Shown: piece after piece, positions 1 through 12,571 of the stretch
Numbering within the stretch: the stretch's first letter is position 1
How the letters are laid out: every line of letters begins with the position of its first letter
Source: Takakia lepidozioides
Lineage: Eukaryota; Plantae; Bryophyta
Direction: 5' to 3'
NCBI GenBank assembly: GCA_030704615.1
Contig: CM060732.1
Coordinates: forward strand, 63,054,001 to 63,118,000
Length of the DNA: 64,000 bases
Notes under the pieces: model-generated
Told to the model about the DNA's origin: nothing
The model's input: the letters and a program-made list of their open reading frames with translations, nothing else
Database searches by the model: none
Translations under genes and position numbers: made by a program

Positions 1-2548
1 GAGATCCCGGTCCTCCCTTCCTACACATACCTGGGCGTTGAGTTTTCCTCCAATTGTAATTGGGATGCACATATCCGGAAAGTTGTTCAAACTGGCAAGG
101 GCAAAGCTCTGGGGCTCACTAAATTTTTCCACTGCAGAGGGGTCAACTCTGAGGTTAAGAAAACCATGCTTTGTCGCGTTATTAGACCTGCCTTGGAGTA
201 CGGATCTGCTATATGGGTTGATAACTCCAACCAGGCTAAGTCTCTAGAATCCATTCAAGTGGGGGTGCTTAAGGAGTGTATGTCAGCATGCTCCAAAACA
301 GCCAATGTGGCTGTTCGGGGTGAGTTTGGCATTCCATCCTTAAGCTCCCGACGAGATGAATTCAAGGTCAGATGGTGGGGTCAGCTGCAACATATGCCCA
401 ACACCAGATATCCTAAGTTAATCAACTCTATGTCTTGGAAACAGGACCGCCCTGTCAAACAGGCTAAGTCCTGGCAGAAGAGAGTAGAAGAGATTCTCAA
501 GGACCTGGACCTGGATCCGCAAGTCTTGACCCTGCTGGATAAATCTGACTTAGAGGCTGTAGTGTCCAAAGCCATGTCTGTTGCCATGAGATTGTCTGAT
601 GAAAATGAAGTTAGGCAGAAAACTTCCCTGAACTTGTTTCCAGTCAGTGACATGGGGGAGGACATCTTGGATGACCTCAAGGGTCTACCCACTCTCGGCA
701 CTAGACTGAAATTTAAACTCAGGGCAGGAAGCCTACCTTTGAACAGCAAACAGAAGCAGAGAGGAAAGGGAGAGTGCAATTGCCCGTTGTGTGGGCAATC
801 TGAAGACAGTATTCATTTTCTGATACACTGTCCGGGGTTCTCTCACCAAAGAGACGCTCTCTTCAACTCTATCAAGGGAATTGTGCCTGTACCCCTGTTT
901 ACCAACTTTGAAAGTCTCGAGGCTGAGCCAAAAGCCCAGGCCCTCCTGAGGCCTAGTTTTTGGGCAAATCACACACAGCAGATTGATGCTTGTGTGAAGG
1001 GATTTCTAGAGGATATCTGGAAAACCCGGATTAATTCTTTATATGAAGGTAAGTCTTACTACCAACGTCAGCCCCTGAGGCCAATTTCAGTAAATGTGCA
1101 GTGGTGGCATTCAACGATAGAGGAGAGGGAGGAAGTGATCTTAAGTGGCAGTGGGGTAGCCAAGAGATCCCAGTCCTCCCTTCCTACACATACCTGGGCG
1201 TTGAGTTTTCCTCCAACTGTAACTGGGATGCACACATCCAGAAAGTTGTTCAAACTGGCAAGGGCAAAGCGATGAGTCTCACTAAATTTTTTCACTGCAG
1301 AGGGATTAACTCTGAGGTCAAGAAAACCTTGCTTTGCCGCATTATTAGACCTGCCTTGGAGTACGGATCTGCTATATGGGTTGATAACTCCAACCAGGCT
1401 AAGTCTCTAGAATCCATTCAAGTGGGGGTGCTTAAGGAGTGCATGTCAGCATGCTCCAAAACAGCCAATGTGGCTGTTCGGGGTGAGTTTGGCATCCCTT
1501 CCTTAAGCTCCCGACGAATTCAAGGTCAGATGGTGGGGTCAGTTGCAACACATGTCCAACACCAGATACCCTAAGTTAATCGACTCTATATCATGGAAAC
1601 AGGACCGCCCTGTCAAACAGGCTAAGTCCTGGCAGAAGAGAGTAGAAGAGATTCTCAAGGATCTGAATCTGGACCCGCAAGTCTTGACCTTGCTGGATAA
1701 ATCTGACTTAGAGTCTGTAGTGTCCAAAGCCATGTCTGTTACCAGCAAATTTTCTGATGCAAATGAAGTTAGGCAGAAAACTTCCCTGAACCTGTTTCCA
1801 GTCTGGGACATGGGGGAGGATATCATGGATGATCTCAAGGGTCTACCCACTCTCGGCACCAGACTGAAATTTAAACTCAGGGCAGGAAGCCTACCTTTGA
1901 ACAGTAAACAGAAGCAGAGAGGAAAGGGAGAGTGCAATTGCCCGTTGTGTGGGCCCTAAGACAATATTCATTTTCTGATACACTGTCCGGGGTACTCTCA
2001 CCAGAGAGAAGCTCTCCTCCAATCTATCAAGAGAATTGTGCCTGTACCTCTGTTTACCAACTTTGAAAGTCTCGAGGCTGAGCCAAAAGCCCAGGCCCTT
2101 CTGAGGCCTAGTTTTTGGGCAAATCACACACAGCAGATTGATGCTTGTGTGAAGGGATTTCTAGAGGATATCTGGGAAACCCGAATTAATTCTATTTATA
2201 AAGGTAAGTCTTACTACCAATGTCAGCCCCTGACGGAGGTAGGTTCTGTCCCTTTGGTTTCCGCTCAAACTGGGTGCGGGGTCAATGGCCACAAGGCTAC
2301 GGCAAACAACGTCTTATGTGTACATTCTCTCTCTCTCTCTCTCTCCCTGGTACCTGTTGGTGTGAAGGGATTTCTAGAGGATATCTGGAATACTCGGATC
2401 AATTGCATGTTTCAAGGTAAGTCATATTACCGGCGTCAGACCCTGACAAAGGTAGTTTCTGTCCCTTTGTGTTCTGCTCAAACTGGGCTCAGGGTCAATC
2501 ACCACAAGGCTAAGGCAAACAACGTCCTATGAGTACATTCTCTCTCCC
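1..2548 (+). mobile_element. Tandemly duplicated 3' half of a non-LTR retrotransposon (RTE-X-like LINE; RT C-terminus plus CCHC zinc finger)
   Basis: Motifs YTYLGV, RPALEYGSAIW, AVRGEFG and KLRAGSLPLN...CPLCGQSEDSIHFLIHC occur twice with a 1163-bp period (gagatccc at 1 and 1164). The second unit ends in (TC)n at 2326-2345, and a third partial 3' end lies at 2361-2548. Lies upstream of the first visible SDR exon, presumably in an intron. Confidence 0.85.
2326..2345 (+). repeat. (TC)n microsatellite at the LINE 3' tail
   Basis: About ten TC units directly after gtacat; shorter versions follow the 3'-end relics near 2539, 2870 and 2980. Confidence 0.9.
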
Positions 2549-3098
2549 TGGTAGCCCTGCACGCAGCCCAGAGTGACGAGCGGAAGCCTCCTGTGCCCCA
2601 AGCATGTCATTTTTGTGGTAAATGCAGGGCTATAAAATTAATATCTAAAAACAATACTCTGCAACCAGGCTGTCGAGTTTGCATGCGGACAAGTGCCTCT
2701 TTGAGCACCATAATGGCAGTTGCGTGAAAATAACTTAATACCTACAGCTGAGCTGTGGGGACCCTGGTGGGTGCGAACCCAACGAAAGGCTCCGAGAGGG
2801 TTAGTTTCCCGCAGGGCCAATGGCCATGCTATGGCAAGCCAACAATTGTAGGGAACAGCATGAGTATATTCTCTCTTTCCCTGGTGGGTGTGAACCTCGA
2901 AAAAGGTTCGGGGAGTAGTTCACAAGGGGTCAATGGTTACAGCAAGCCAACGTTTGCAGGGAACGGCATTAGTACATTTTCTCTCTCTGCATGATTTTGT
3001 TTCAAGAAGCTAAGCTGCATTGTATGATTGCAATGTTCTAGTGTTTCAATATGGTGGTCCACAAGAACCTTTATTAATATCCTGGTGTTTGTTTGCAG

Positions 3099-4971
3099 GT
3101 TCATTTCTTCTGACCAATCTACTGCTTGATACTTTGAAAGCAACTGCCAAGGAGACTGGAGAGCAGGGGCGCATTGTGATTTTGTCATCTGAGGCTCATA
3201 AGCACACTTACAAGGAAGGAATTCGCTTTGACACGTTGAATGATGAAAAGAGGTATAAAGAGAACACATGGTGAAGCTAGTGTCACAGAGTCAGCCGAGT
3301 TTTACACCTTTCTGGTGTTGGAAAGAGGTTGTACTCATTGACTGCTGTTTTCAAATGTTGGCTATAATGTACCTTTTTAGGGCATACTCCCCATTGGACA
3401 CCCCTCCTAGATAGTTTGAGGCGTTTTTGGCCCACAAAACATCTGAAAGTCTACCTGGAATCGCCATTGTACTCCTGTACACCCAAGAACAATCTGGTTA
3501 CAGAATTTGTAGTTCTGATGTATGCACTGTATTGACATCCTACTCCAAAGCATTAGGCTTGATTCCAACACTTCCTTAGCTGGAAACGAATGTGATAAGA
3601 TTTGCTGCTGTGCACAGCTAGTCACACTGTTAGAGAAAAAGGCCAGATATTGGCAGAGAAGAGAGAGATAGAGATTCTAAATCAGAGTGGACGTAACACA
3701 GTGGGCATGGGTAAGCAGTTACAAAGCTTGGGCTGCATATGGACAATCCAAGCTGGCCAACATTCTTCACGCTAAAGAGCTTGCTCAACGTCTCCAGGTT
3801 AGTCAACAGTCTCTGTTGCTTAGTGTAACACTAACGTGGCCAGGGGAGTGGAAGTAAGTTTCTCCAATGTACCATACTTGCTGACATTGCCTCAGGATTT
3901 TAGCCCTCTAATGTGATAGTAGTGTCACAAGCTACAAAATCGGACTGCCAAGACTGCGGCTGCAAAAACTGGACTAAAATGTTGACTAAGTGGGTGTGTA
4001 ATTTAATGGTTGCGCATTACTTCCTAGGAAGGGGGAGAGTTAGGATGAGATGGAATTCAGGAATGGATGGAGTCAGTGCAAATTCGTATTCGAAAAGACA
4101 TGGTGCTCATGAAAAAACGTGCTGCAATTGAGCAGGAAGAAGGAGCAAATGTGACCGCTAATTCCCTTCACCCTGGAGTTATCGTTACCAACTTTGGCAA
4201 GGGCCAACTTGCAGTCCTCAACCGTAAGCCCCGTCTACTTACCTGGGTACCCGTTAGGGAGAAGGTGCAGGGAGGACGCATCTATTGCTGCTCCAATGAC
4301 AGTGATGTCTGAGAGCATAGACATATCTAGTTAAGAAGAAGAAAAGAATTTTTTATACTTTTTACTTCGTTCTTCTCTTGCACCCCTGCCTCTTTATGAT
4401 TAATGTGACGTGGGGAAACAAGGCAAGACAAGTGATTTTTCTTTTTGGAAAGAGGAGTACAGCATGTCCCTGAAAAAACGTCTCTTCGTGTTTGTAACAG
4501 CTGTGACCATGAACATTCTCAGGCTATTCACGAAATCAGTTTCTCAGGTAAGATTTCAGTGAGATCCATGTGTTGCATTAGAAATGTGAAAGTATGCCTG
4601 CTTTTGTCTTCAAGATTTGCTGACCTCTTGAAATCTCTCTTGGATGTGGCTGACATGGAGAGAGAATCTCCACTGCTGGAGTGAGCTTCCAGTGATGAGA
4701 GTGGCCCAGTTCCTGCCTCTTCTATTTCTTAACAGTTCCTTGAATACAGCATGCTGAAGTTCAGCTTTGCTGCGTCTCAGTTTATTGTTTTCTGTGTATA
4801 CAGGGTGCGGCAACAACATGCTATGTGGCAACTCATCCTGATGTTGAGGGGGTCTCTGGAAAATATTTCCGTGACTGCAAAGAAAACAACAATATGTCTG
4901 AGAAGGCCAAAGACGGAGAGTTGGCAGCTCAACTATGGCAGTACAGTGAGGAATTTGTTGCTTCACATTGA
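3099..4971 (+). CDS. Short-chain dehydrogenase/reductase, Tic32/retinol dehydrogenase-like, last five exons (3099-3252, 3719-3797, 4136-4223, 4501-4547, 4804-4971); 5' exons lie outside the window
   Basis: GT-AG exons splice in frame to [11 protein letters not shown]...[11 protein letters not shown]...[40 protein letters not shown]...[30 protein letters not shown]...stop. The catalytic YxxxK motif (YGQSK) is intact. Confidence 0.9.
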
Positions 4972-6111
4972 GAAGAGGTGATGACAAGTTGAAATCTCAT
5001 CAAGCTGTGGAGCAAGTGATTGAGATGCTCAAGAAATTCCACAGAAATTCAACAGAGCTTCATGCAAGTTTAGGACTATTTTTCCTTCAACATTCTGCCA
5101 TATACGTGATCTACACCGTATCTACCACCCCAGACTGTGACATTTCCCCATTGCAGTTCCCGGAATCACCTGTTGGCATCTCCTCCTCTATTGCTCTTTT
5201 TTATCTGAAGCTGATGCTGCTCTATGTGAGGGTCTCAATCTTGAGTCCAGGTCTCTGCAGACATATTTCGACTGCATGACCAGTCCATCTATTAGCAAAT
5301 AGATTGGCAGGTGCCTGGCATAGCCCTACTTATGTTTGTTGGCCTTATGGAGAGGGTCAGAGGTATATTAATTGTGAGTTAAAGATCTGTGCTGTTATCA
5401 GAAGAGTGTCCTGACTGTCGTTGACTCACTTGGAGGCCTGAATGGTGTTGAAGACAAAGAATGCCAAATAAGCAATTGACAGAGTATGTTTTTAATTCTG
5501 ATAACCAGCCCAAGGCACGCAATCGATCACATCCTGTCCGTGCGTGCCTGACATGTTCTGTACAAAAAGTCGATGTGTGACAGCAGCAGCCAACTGTCGC
5601 GTAGAAGTGACGGTGGGTGCGGCCTATTTACTTATCTGCACCTTTATCTCCCTCTCTTCTAAGGGCATTGGGGCGATTCAGGGTGGCTCCCACAATTACT
5701 GATCTCTGGTAGATGGGAAAACTTGCAGCGAGAAGACCGCCTATGCCCAGCATGCACTTGGGCCCAACCGTTGTATCGAAACTGAAGAACTCTTCTTCTT
5801 TTAGTGCCCTCTTTACTATGAGGCCGTTGAGATCTGTGGGAGATTCCACTGTCTGTTCCGTGAAACTCAATCTCTCATTCATTACGAGGATCAGAAATGG
5901 TTGGCAGCTTATATGAACGGAAGCTTTGACGGCAAACCCTTGAGTAGTTGCTTTTGGGCTGACTCTGTCTTTTATCCTCTCTTGTTTCTTGCTTTTCTTT
6001 TGTCCCATAAGCTCTTCGAGCTTTCTGCGGACGTTATAAATTTCCATTTCATTTCCTTTCTCTTCGCCCTTCGAGTTTAGCTGCGTGCTTTGCTTACATG
6101 TGCACCATGTG

Positions 6112-6550
6112 GCAGATCTGCGAAATGTTAAAAGCCATAGCTCAGCATCATTCATCCTAAATTCAGTGCCGGTAAAGACTCACGGGTCTGTGTCTGGAGG
6201 AATGGTAGCGCGAGTGCTCCATCCACATACTCTGCGCACTATACAGAGAAGCAACAATCATGTGAAGCTTTCTACTCGCGGCAAGTTTCAGTGGGCTATT
6301 ACCTGGACTGAGGTGCCTCTCAGCGAAGCAGTGCTGGTCAGGGAAACTACAGGCAGATCAGAGTGCACTGATAGAGTGCATTCGTGCAAAGCGAAACAAA
6401 TCCGAATACTGACGCAGTTTCAGAGTCCAAGCAGAGTTTGGCTTGCGGCTGGGCTTTCCACTGTCAAACCTTACCTGAAGGACCAAGAATCGCCAACGAT
6501 TCTACACGGATTACTGGTCATGTGATTGTGTTTTCAATGCTGTGTCTTCC
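6112..6550 (+). pseudogene. Degenerate, internally deleted copy of the last exon and 3' UTR of the WD40 gene
   Basis: Matches the reverse complement of about 43890-44985 (ctgcgaaatgtta..., gaaggaccaagaatcgccaac, acgattctacacggattactg) with deletions and frameshifts. Confidence 0.85.
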
Positions 6551-7589
6551 CAATTCCATTGTGGGGCCACCCCCACAACTAGTGGTGGATGGTGTCTCAA
6601 GCATTGATGCAGCTTGCAAAAGCAAAGCACCGACAGCAAAATAGTATATTGCACTGTGCGATGGATGTTGGTTTGTATCCACTTTACTCGGATCGATCAA
6701 TTACCGAGGAGCATCACATCCTTCCACATTTGCACCCTCATTTCCGAGAATTCTCTCAGGCGGACAAGTCAGGCACGCAATCACACATGGGCCCTGTGGA
6801 CTCTGTTCAATGCAGAGAAAATCACTACCAAGCCTCACTGCTTGGAGGGGTAGCTACAGTATCAGTTGTGGCAAACAACATGAGCAATTTAGTATCATTT
6901 CAAGTGATACTACAAATTCAGTGGGCAATTTATGATGGCAGCTAGGGTGGGAACTAAATTGAGCTCCATTTTGTTTGATGACAAATTCAGTAGCCATCTT
7001 CGGAAGCCTAAGGTGGGTCCTATAACTACCTATCAAAAATTGAATGATGGCATTCCAAAGGCACATCGAATGGTACCTAAGGTGGTCAAAGGTATCTCTC
7101 TTGGGCACCTAGAACGAAAAATCTATCTTAAGTTGCACCTTAGTCGATTTATCGGAACAGTGATAGTCGCACAGATCTTTTCCTCGTCATCGACATGCCT
7201 TCACCCTCTGCCTGGAAGGCCAACAAAACATAAGTAGAGCAATGGTAGGCACCTGCTAATCTACTTGTAATGTAAGGGTTGTTCTTGCAGTTTAAATAGA
7301 TCTGCAGAAACCTGGACTCAAGATTGAGATCCTCTCATATAGCAACATCAGCCTCAGATGGACAAAAAGAAGTAATGAAGGAGCTACCAACAGGTGATTC
7401 TGGCAACTGCAATGGGGAAATGTCAAAGTCAGGGTGGTAGATATGGTGTACGTCACTCTATGGTGGCAATTTGAAGGAAAACAGGCCTAAACTTGCATGC
7501 AGCTATGTTGAATTTCCGTGGACACATGACTTGCTTGGTTAAGATTGCTAACCTGGCCTTTGCCAGGATTTCTAAGTCTCTTCTGCGAG

Positions 7590-7662
7590 AGTATTTCCGT
7601 CGCTAATCGCGGCGGTTGGAGGTCGCTGGGGCATCGCTAACCCCCGCCCAAACGTAGTAGTG
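7590..7662. mobile_element. Orphan CACTA (En/Spm) transposon terminus
   Basis: Ends in ...cgtagtagtg (reverse complement CACTACTACG), preceded by three (g/a)tcgct(a/g) subterminal motifs, and abuts PPR coding sequence. Confidence 0.6.
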
Positions 7663-9347
7663 AGGCTTTGGAGACCTATGAGCAAATGATGGGGGAAGCA
7701 CATTAAGTTTGTGTGCATTTGCAATGCTTGTGCAAGCCTGGCAGCCCTGGCTGAGAAGGGCAAAGAGGTGCATGGGGATATCATCAAAGCTGGAATTGTA
7801 CCAAATGTCATTCTAAACACTGCCCTGGCAGCTCTGGAAAAGGGAAAAGGTGGTGCATGACGACATCTTCAAAGCTGGAATTGTACCAGATTTCATTCTG
7901 AACAATATCCTGGTGGACATGTTTGCAAAATGTGGGTGCATCTAGGATGCAAAGGGAGTGTTCAACACTATGGCTGAACAAGATGTGGTGTCGTGCAAGC
8001 CTGGCAGCCCTGGAGAAGGGCAAAGAGCATCGAGGATGCAAAGGGACTGTTCCACACTATGGCTGAACGAGATGTGGTGTCGTGGAGTGCGATGCTTGTA
8101 GGATATGCACAGTAGGGACATGGGATGGAGGCTTTGGAGACCTATGAGCAAATGATGTGGTGTCGTGCAAGCCTGGCAGCCCTGGAGAAGGGCAAAGAGC
8201 ATCAAGGATGCAAAGGGAGTGTTCCACACTATGGCTGAACGAGATGTGGTGTCGTGGAGTGCGATGCTTGCAGGATATGCACAGCAGGGACATGGGATGG
8301 AGGCTTTGGAGAGCTATGAGCAAATGATGTGTGACGGGGTGAAGCCCAACCACATCACGTTTGTGTGCATTTACAAGCCTGGCAGCCCCGGAAAAGGGCG
8401 AAGAGGTGCATGGCGACATCGTCAGAGCTGGAATTGTACCAGATGTGATCCTGAACACTGCCCTAGTAGACATGTATGCCAAATGTGGGTGCATGGAGGA
8501 TGCAAAGGGAGTGTTCGACGATATGGCTGAACGATGTGGTGTCGTGGAATGCGATGATCGTAGGATATGCACAACATGGTTTTCATAGGAAAGTCGTGCA
8601 ACTATTTGAAGGAATGCAAAAGAATGGCTTGAAGCCGAGCAATATTGTCTTTATACGTGTTCTCTCTGCATGCAGCCACGCTGGCTTACTGAATGAAGGA
8701 AGACGCTACTTTGATTCCATGAGTCAAGATCATGGTGTCACTCCGACAGTAAAGCACTTTGGCTGCATGGTGGACCTTATATCTTGGATGTGCGCCACAA
8801 CCGGATGAGGAAGTGGACCTGATTAATAAAATGCCCATAAATCCAGGTGTTGTGGTGTAGAAGGCCTTGCTTGGTGCCATCAGAATCCATGGCAATGTGG
8901 AGATGGCTGAATATGCAGCAACATCTATCCTCATGTGGGCTGAACACGATGTCGCGACTTATGTGTTGTTCTCAAATCTATGATGCAGCTGGCAGGTGGG
9001 ATGATACTGCAAAGGTGAGAAGAATGATGAAGGTCAAAGGGGTTAGAAACGAGCCAGGTCGCTGCTGCATTGAGGTTGGCAACAGGGTGCACACCTTCGT
9101 TGTAGATGACAAGTTGCATCCCATAATTAAGGAAATCCATGCTGAGTTGAGAAGATTGGCTAGGAAGATGAAGGAGGCGGGGTATGTGCCTGACAGGCGC
9201 TTTGTATTGCATGATGTGGGGGAGGAGGAAAAAAACTTTTTCTCTTTGCCACCACAGTGAGAAGCTGGCCATTGGTTTTGGCATATCCACAGGAAATGAT
9301 AGTGGGGTCTACCCAACATAGGTAGGAAGTCAGCCCATAATTGCACT
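7663..9347 (+). pseudogene. PLS-class PPR protein with E/E+ and truncated DYW domain (organellar RNA editing factor family), pseudogene
   Basis: ALVDMYAKCG..EDAKGVFD.MAERDVVSW, LSACSHAGLLNEG, HFGCMVDL, AAGRWDD..KVRRMMK..GV..EPG, MKEAGYVPD, HSEKLAIGFG. Many frameshifts and stops; the DYW C-terminus is missing. Confidence 0.9.
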
Positions 9348-10371
9348 TGACTGAAGGGGTGATATTGAACTAGCTTTAGTGACAGTGGAAATGTACATTC
9401 TGGTAGCCTTTTGCGCGGAGTGCTCCAGGCTCCAAATTCTCCAAAACCCAGCTAGGGATGTAGAAAAACGTGAGTGTAATCGTCAACAACAACGTTGTCC
9501 TCCTTCCATAAGCTTCTCTTGTATCTCCTGGAATCTTCTGGTATATCGAGGAGGAGAGACAGAGACAGAGAGGTTGTCATTGCCATAGATTCCATGGACC
9601 CTTAGGTCGTGTGACGTACCATCTTTAGGGGGAGGACAGCCCACCAGGTTCTTCGTCAGAGTAAGATTATAGGGCTAGTGACCCGGATGTGACAGCAGTG
9701 TTGTGATTTCCTCAACGCAATGCCTGTCTCCATGAAGGATGGATAACGGCGGAGAAGGATGTTCTCATGGGCAGTTCCAATGGTGGTTGTGTATACAGTT
9801 CAGTGCAGCTCTTTACATGGATGTCATTTTGGACAATGGGTGCTGAATTTCCAACAAGAACAAAATGTCTGGCGAATGTATGGATAGAAGAAGGTGTTCG
9901 GCCTTCAAGAGACCATCTTCAGCCTTGTGCATAAACCTGAAGTGCCCGATGCACCTTCCCCCCCACATTCCCGAATATTGCGAGGTTTTGTGACAGTATT
10001 GATACTTCCATGTACTCGGCAACAATGTAGGCATGGTGGGAGCACATTGGTGTTGTATGGGATGATAACAATTTGATAACAATGCCAAAACTGATGATGT
10101 CATAATGTACAATGGTATAAAAAGCCTCTTCCCACAACTAAAGTCATGCACTGTGTACACAATAAAATAGAGGATGGGCATACTTTGTTAGTAATAAAAA
10201 CAGGGATGCTATTCCGTAAGCCTGGAGCCGTGAGCCTGTGAGCGCAGAAGCCCAACACAGGCTCACGCCACGTCATCTTGCAATTAGGAACTTATAGGGC
10301 TTATTTCCGGAGGCCGCCTAATTCCGCGGATGAAATTATCCAGAATTGCTAGGATGAAGTTTTGAGGAAGC

Positions 10372-11327
10372 TGTTGGAGGACTGTCTGGGACTTAGACAC
10401 TTTTACGGGATCTGTGGGGGACCCTTAATTTTTGCCACAGACTGAGACCAACAGGAGCCTTAGGGGTGACAACAGCGCACTTTAGGGGGGGTTACACAGC
10501 TCGTCACAGCCAACACAGCTCGTCACAGCCAGCACAGCCCGTCACAGTCCGGCATAGCTCGTCACAGCCAACACAGCCCGTCACAGTGACACAGCTCGGT
10601 CCAGCTCGTCACAGCCAGCAACACAGCTTGTCACAGCCGACACAGCCGACACAGCCAGTCAAAGCTTGACACAGCTGTCACGACCATAGGGAACGGATAG
10701 CAGGACAGGGAACGACTGTGGGGAACAACATCTGCGAATGGAACATGTTAGTTCACGGAGACGGTTAGTGAGGGAAACGGTTAGAAACAACGGGTAGGAA
10801 GATAAAGCGAGGAGGAGGACTGGAAAGGATCACATCTTGGGGATCACTTCTTGGGGGACTTCGGACATCACTGGGGGAAATGAGGGAGAGATCTCTGAGC
10901 AGAAAGAGGGAGAGCACGGAGTAGGAGGAGGACGATCTGTTGATGCTTAATGAATGCAAGCAGTAATTGTAATGTAGAGCAGATTAGAGACTCCATGGCT
11001 TCAGCCTGATACTTGATAGATATTAATCTGATACATACTTCATACTCACATTGTGTAGAGAGATCTGAGTGAAGCTGTGGAATGAATGGATGAGTTGATG
11101 GAATCCGATAGATTGATGAAGCAAACTGATACTTAATTACCAACAGTAAGGTAACTAGCTAACATGAATGCGGAAGGAAACAAATAGGAAACACCCCCAT
11201 GATACACTAGCTGTAGGTCATGACTGATTGTTCTGAGCGGGCTGAGTACTTAGAGATTTCCAACTCTTCTATCTTGGAGTTTCCGCCTCGGATAGCGAAG
11301 GGATGGGTGAGTAAAAGCCGCGCGACA
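10372..11327 (+). repeat. 5' LTR (956 bp) containing a CACAG tandem array
   Basis: tgttggagg...cgcgaca; nearly identical to 22410-23394. Confidence 0.95.
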
Positions 11328-11329
11328 TT

Positions 11330-11347
11330 TGGCGACCATACTGGGGA
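11330..11347 (+). promoter_or_regulatory. Primer binding site, probably tRNA-Arg type
   Basis: TGGCGACCATACTGGGGA begins 2 nt after the 5' LTR and resembles the TGGCGAC...CTGGGGA PBS of non-chromovirus elements. Confidence 0.7.
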
Positions 11348-12571
11348 ACTGGGTCATGAACAACCAGATGTGACAGGCATCTGGTGGGATCATGGTGGTT
11401 GGAGAATTAAAGAATTTGATGTGAATCAAATTCCTTGTGAAACTGAGAAGGAAAGATTGTCCAAACATTCTTTCAGAGGTTTTGGAATTGCCAGACGGTT
11501 GTAAAGAAAACATTCTTAAGAGAGTGCATGATGCTGACCCTGAGTGGGGTCTGGAGAAAGGAGTGATAAAGATTTATCAGGTGGCCTGTAGAGGAAGAGC
11601 ACGTTGGTTACCAACATTGGTTTATGTGATAGCATTGCTATCCATTAAGCGAGTAGAGTTTGAAGGCTGGGAGGAAAGAAAGGTGAATGTTTATACTCAT
11701 ATGCATGAAGAGCTTGTACTGGTAAAGAATTGGATTCCAAAGGATATTTTGTGGATCAAACTCACACCAAGAACAGCTTTCCAGACTTGTTTGCCATATG
11801 GTTATATGGTAACGGAGACTTCAAGTATAGCCAAGGGTGCATTGAAGCTTGAAAGAAACCCAGGCATATACGAGAGATATTACAGAAGAGAGTTTTGGTT
11901 ATTGCCACATTAAAAGAAATGAAAGACATGGGACATGAGTGATGAAAGAGAAGCTAGACTCCAGAGATATTCAGCAAAAAGAGAAAGCTATCTGAAAGCT
12001 AATTATCCATATCTTTGGGAGAGAGGAATAGACATAGGGGAATCATCTGGACCTCTCACACCATTAAGATGGTACGGGAAGAAGATCAATCACGAGGTGA
12101 AAGATCTGAGGTACATCCCTGGATAAAAGATTTGACAGAAATCTTTGATAAGAGTTGGCATGGAACACCAAAAGCAGGAACTCCAGTTTCTGAAGCGGAA
12201 GGTGAAGAAGGAGGAGAGGATGTGGCAGAGCCAACGGAGAGTTCAGACTCTCCAACACCATTGCAGTTGAGTTACATGAGTGAAGAAGAAACCCAAGGGC
12301 AGAACTTGGAGGATGAAAATAGAGAGAAGAAATTGGAAGAGGAAGAGTATGAAGAAGTAGACCCAACAGCTGAGGTTGAGACTACAACCAGGACATCCCA
12401 ACCCGTTGGACCTGGATCAAGTGGAGCACTTGGATCACAGGCCAACGAAGGTGTCGGCTCAGGGGGATCAGGCGGGGCTGCCTGGATCTGGCTCTGGGGG
12501 GACAGGGAGTGTGGGAAGTAGTGCAACTGAAGCTGGGAATACTGTGAATATCGTGGGGCCAGTAGCAGGGA

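Noticed and set aside
5628-6155. 175-aa minus-strand ORF
   Set aside because: No recognisable domain; it partly overlaps the antisense of the WD40 relic and cannot be supported as a gene.
6570-7240. Possible L1-type LINE 3' relic (HTWALWTLFNAEK)
   Set aside because: Only one weak motif and no clear boundaries.
10492-10682. Possible CRISPR-like repeat-spacer array
   Set aside because: Units are 9-20 bp degenerate tandem repeats with no unique spacers, inside a eukaryotic LTR.
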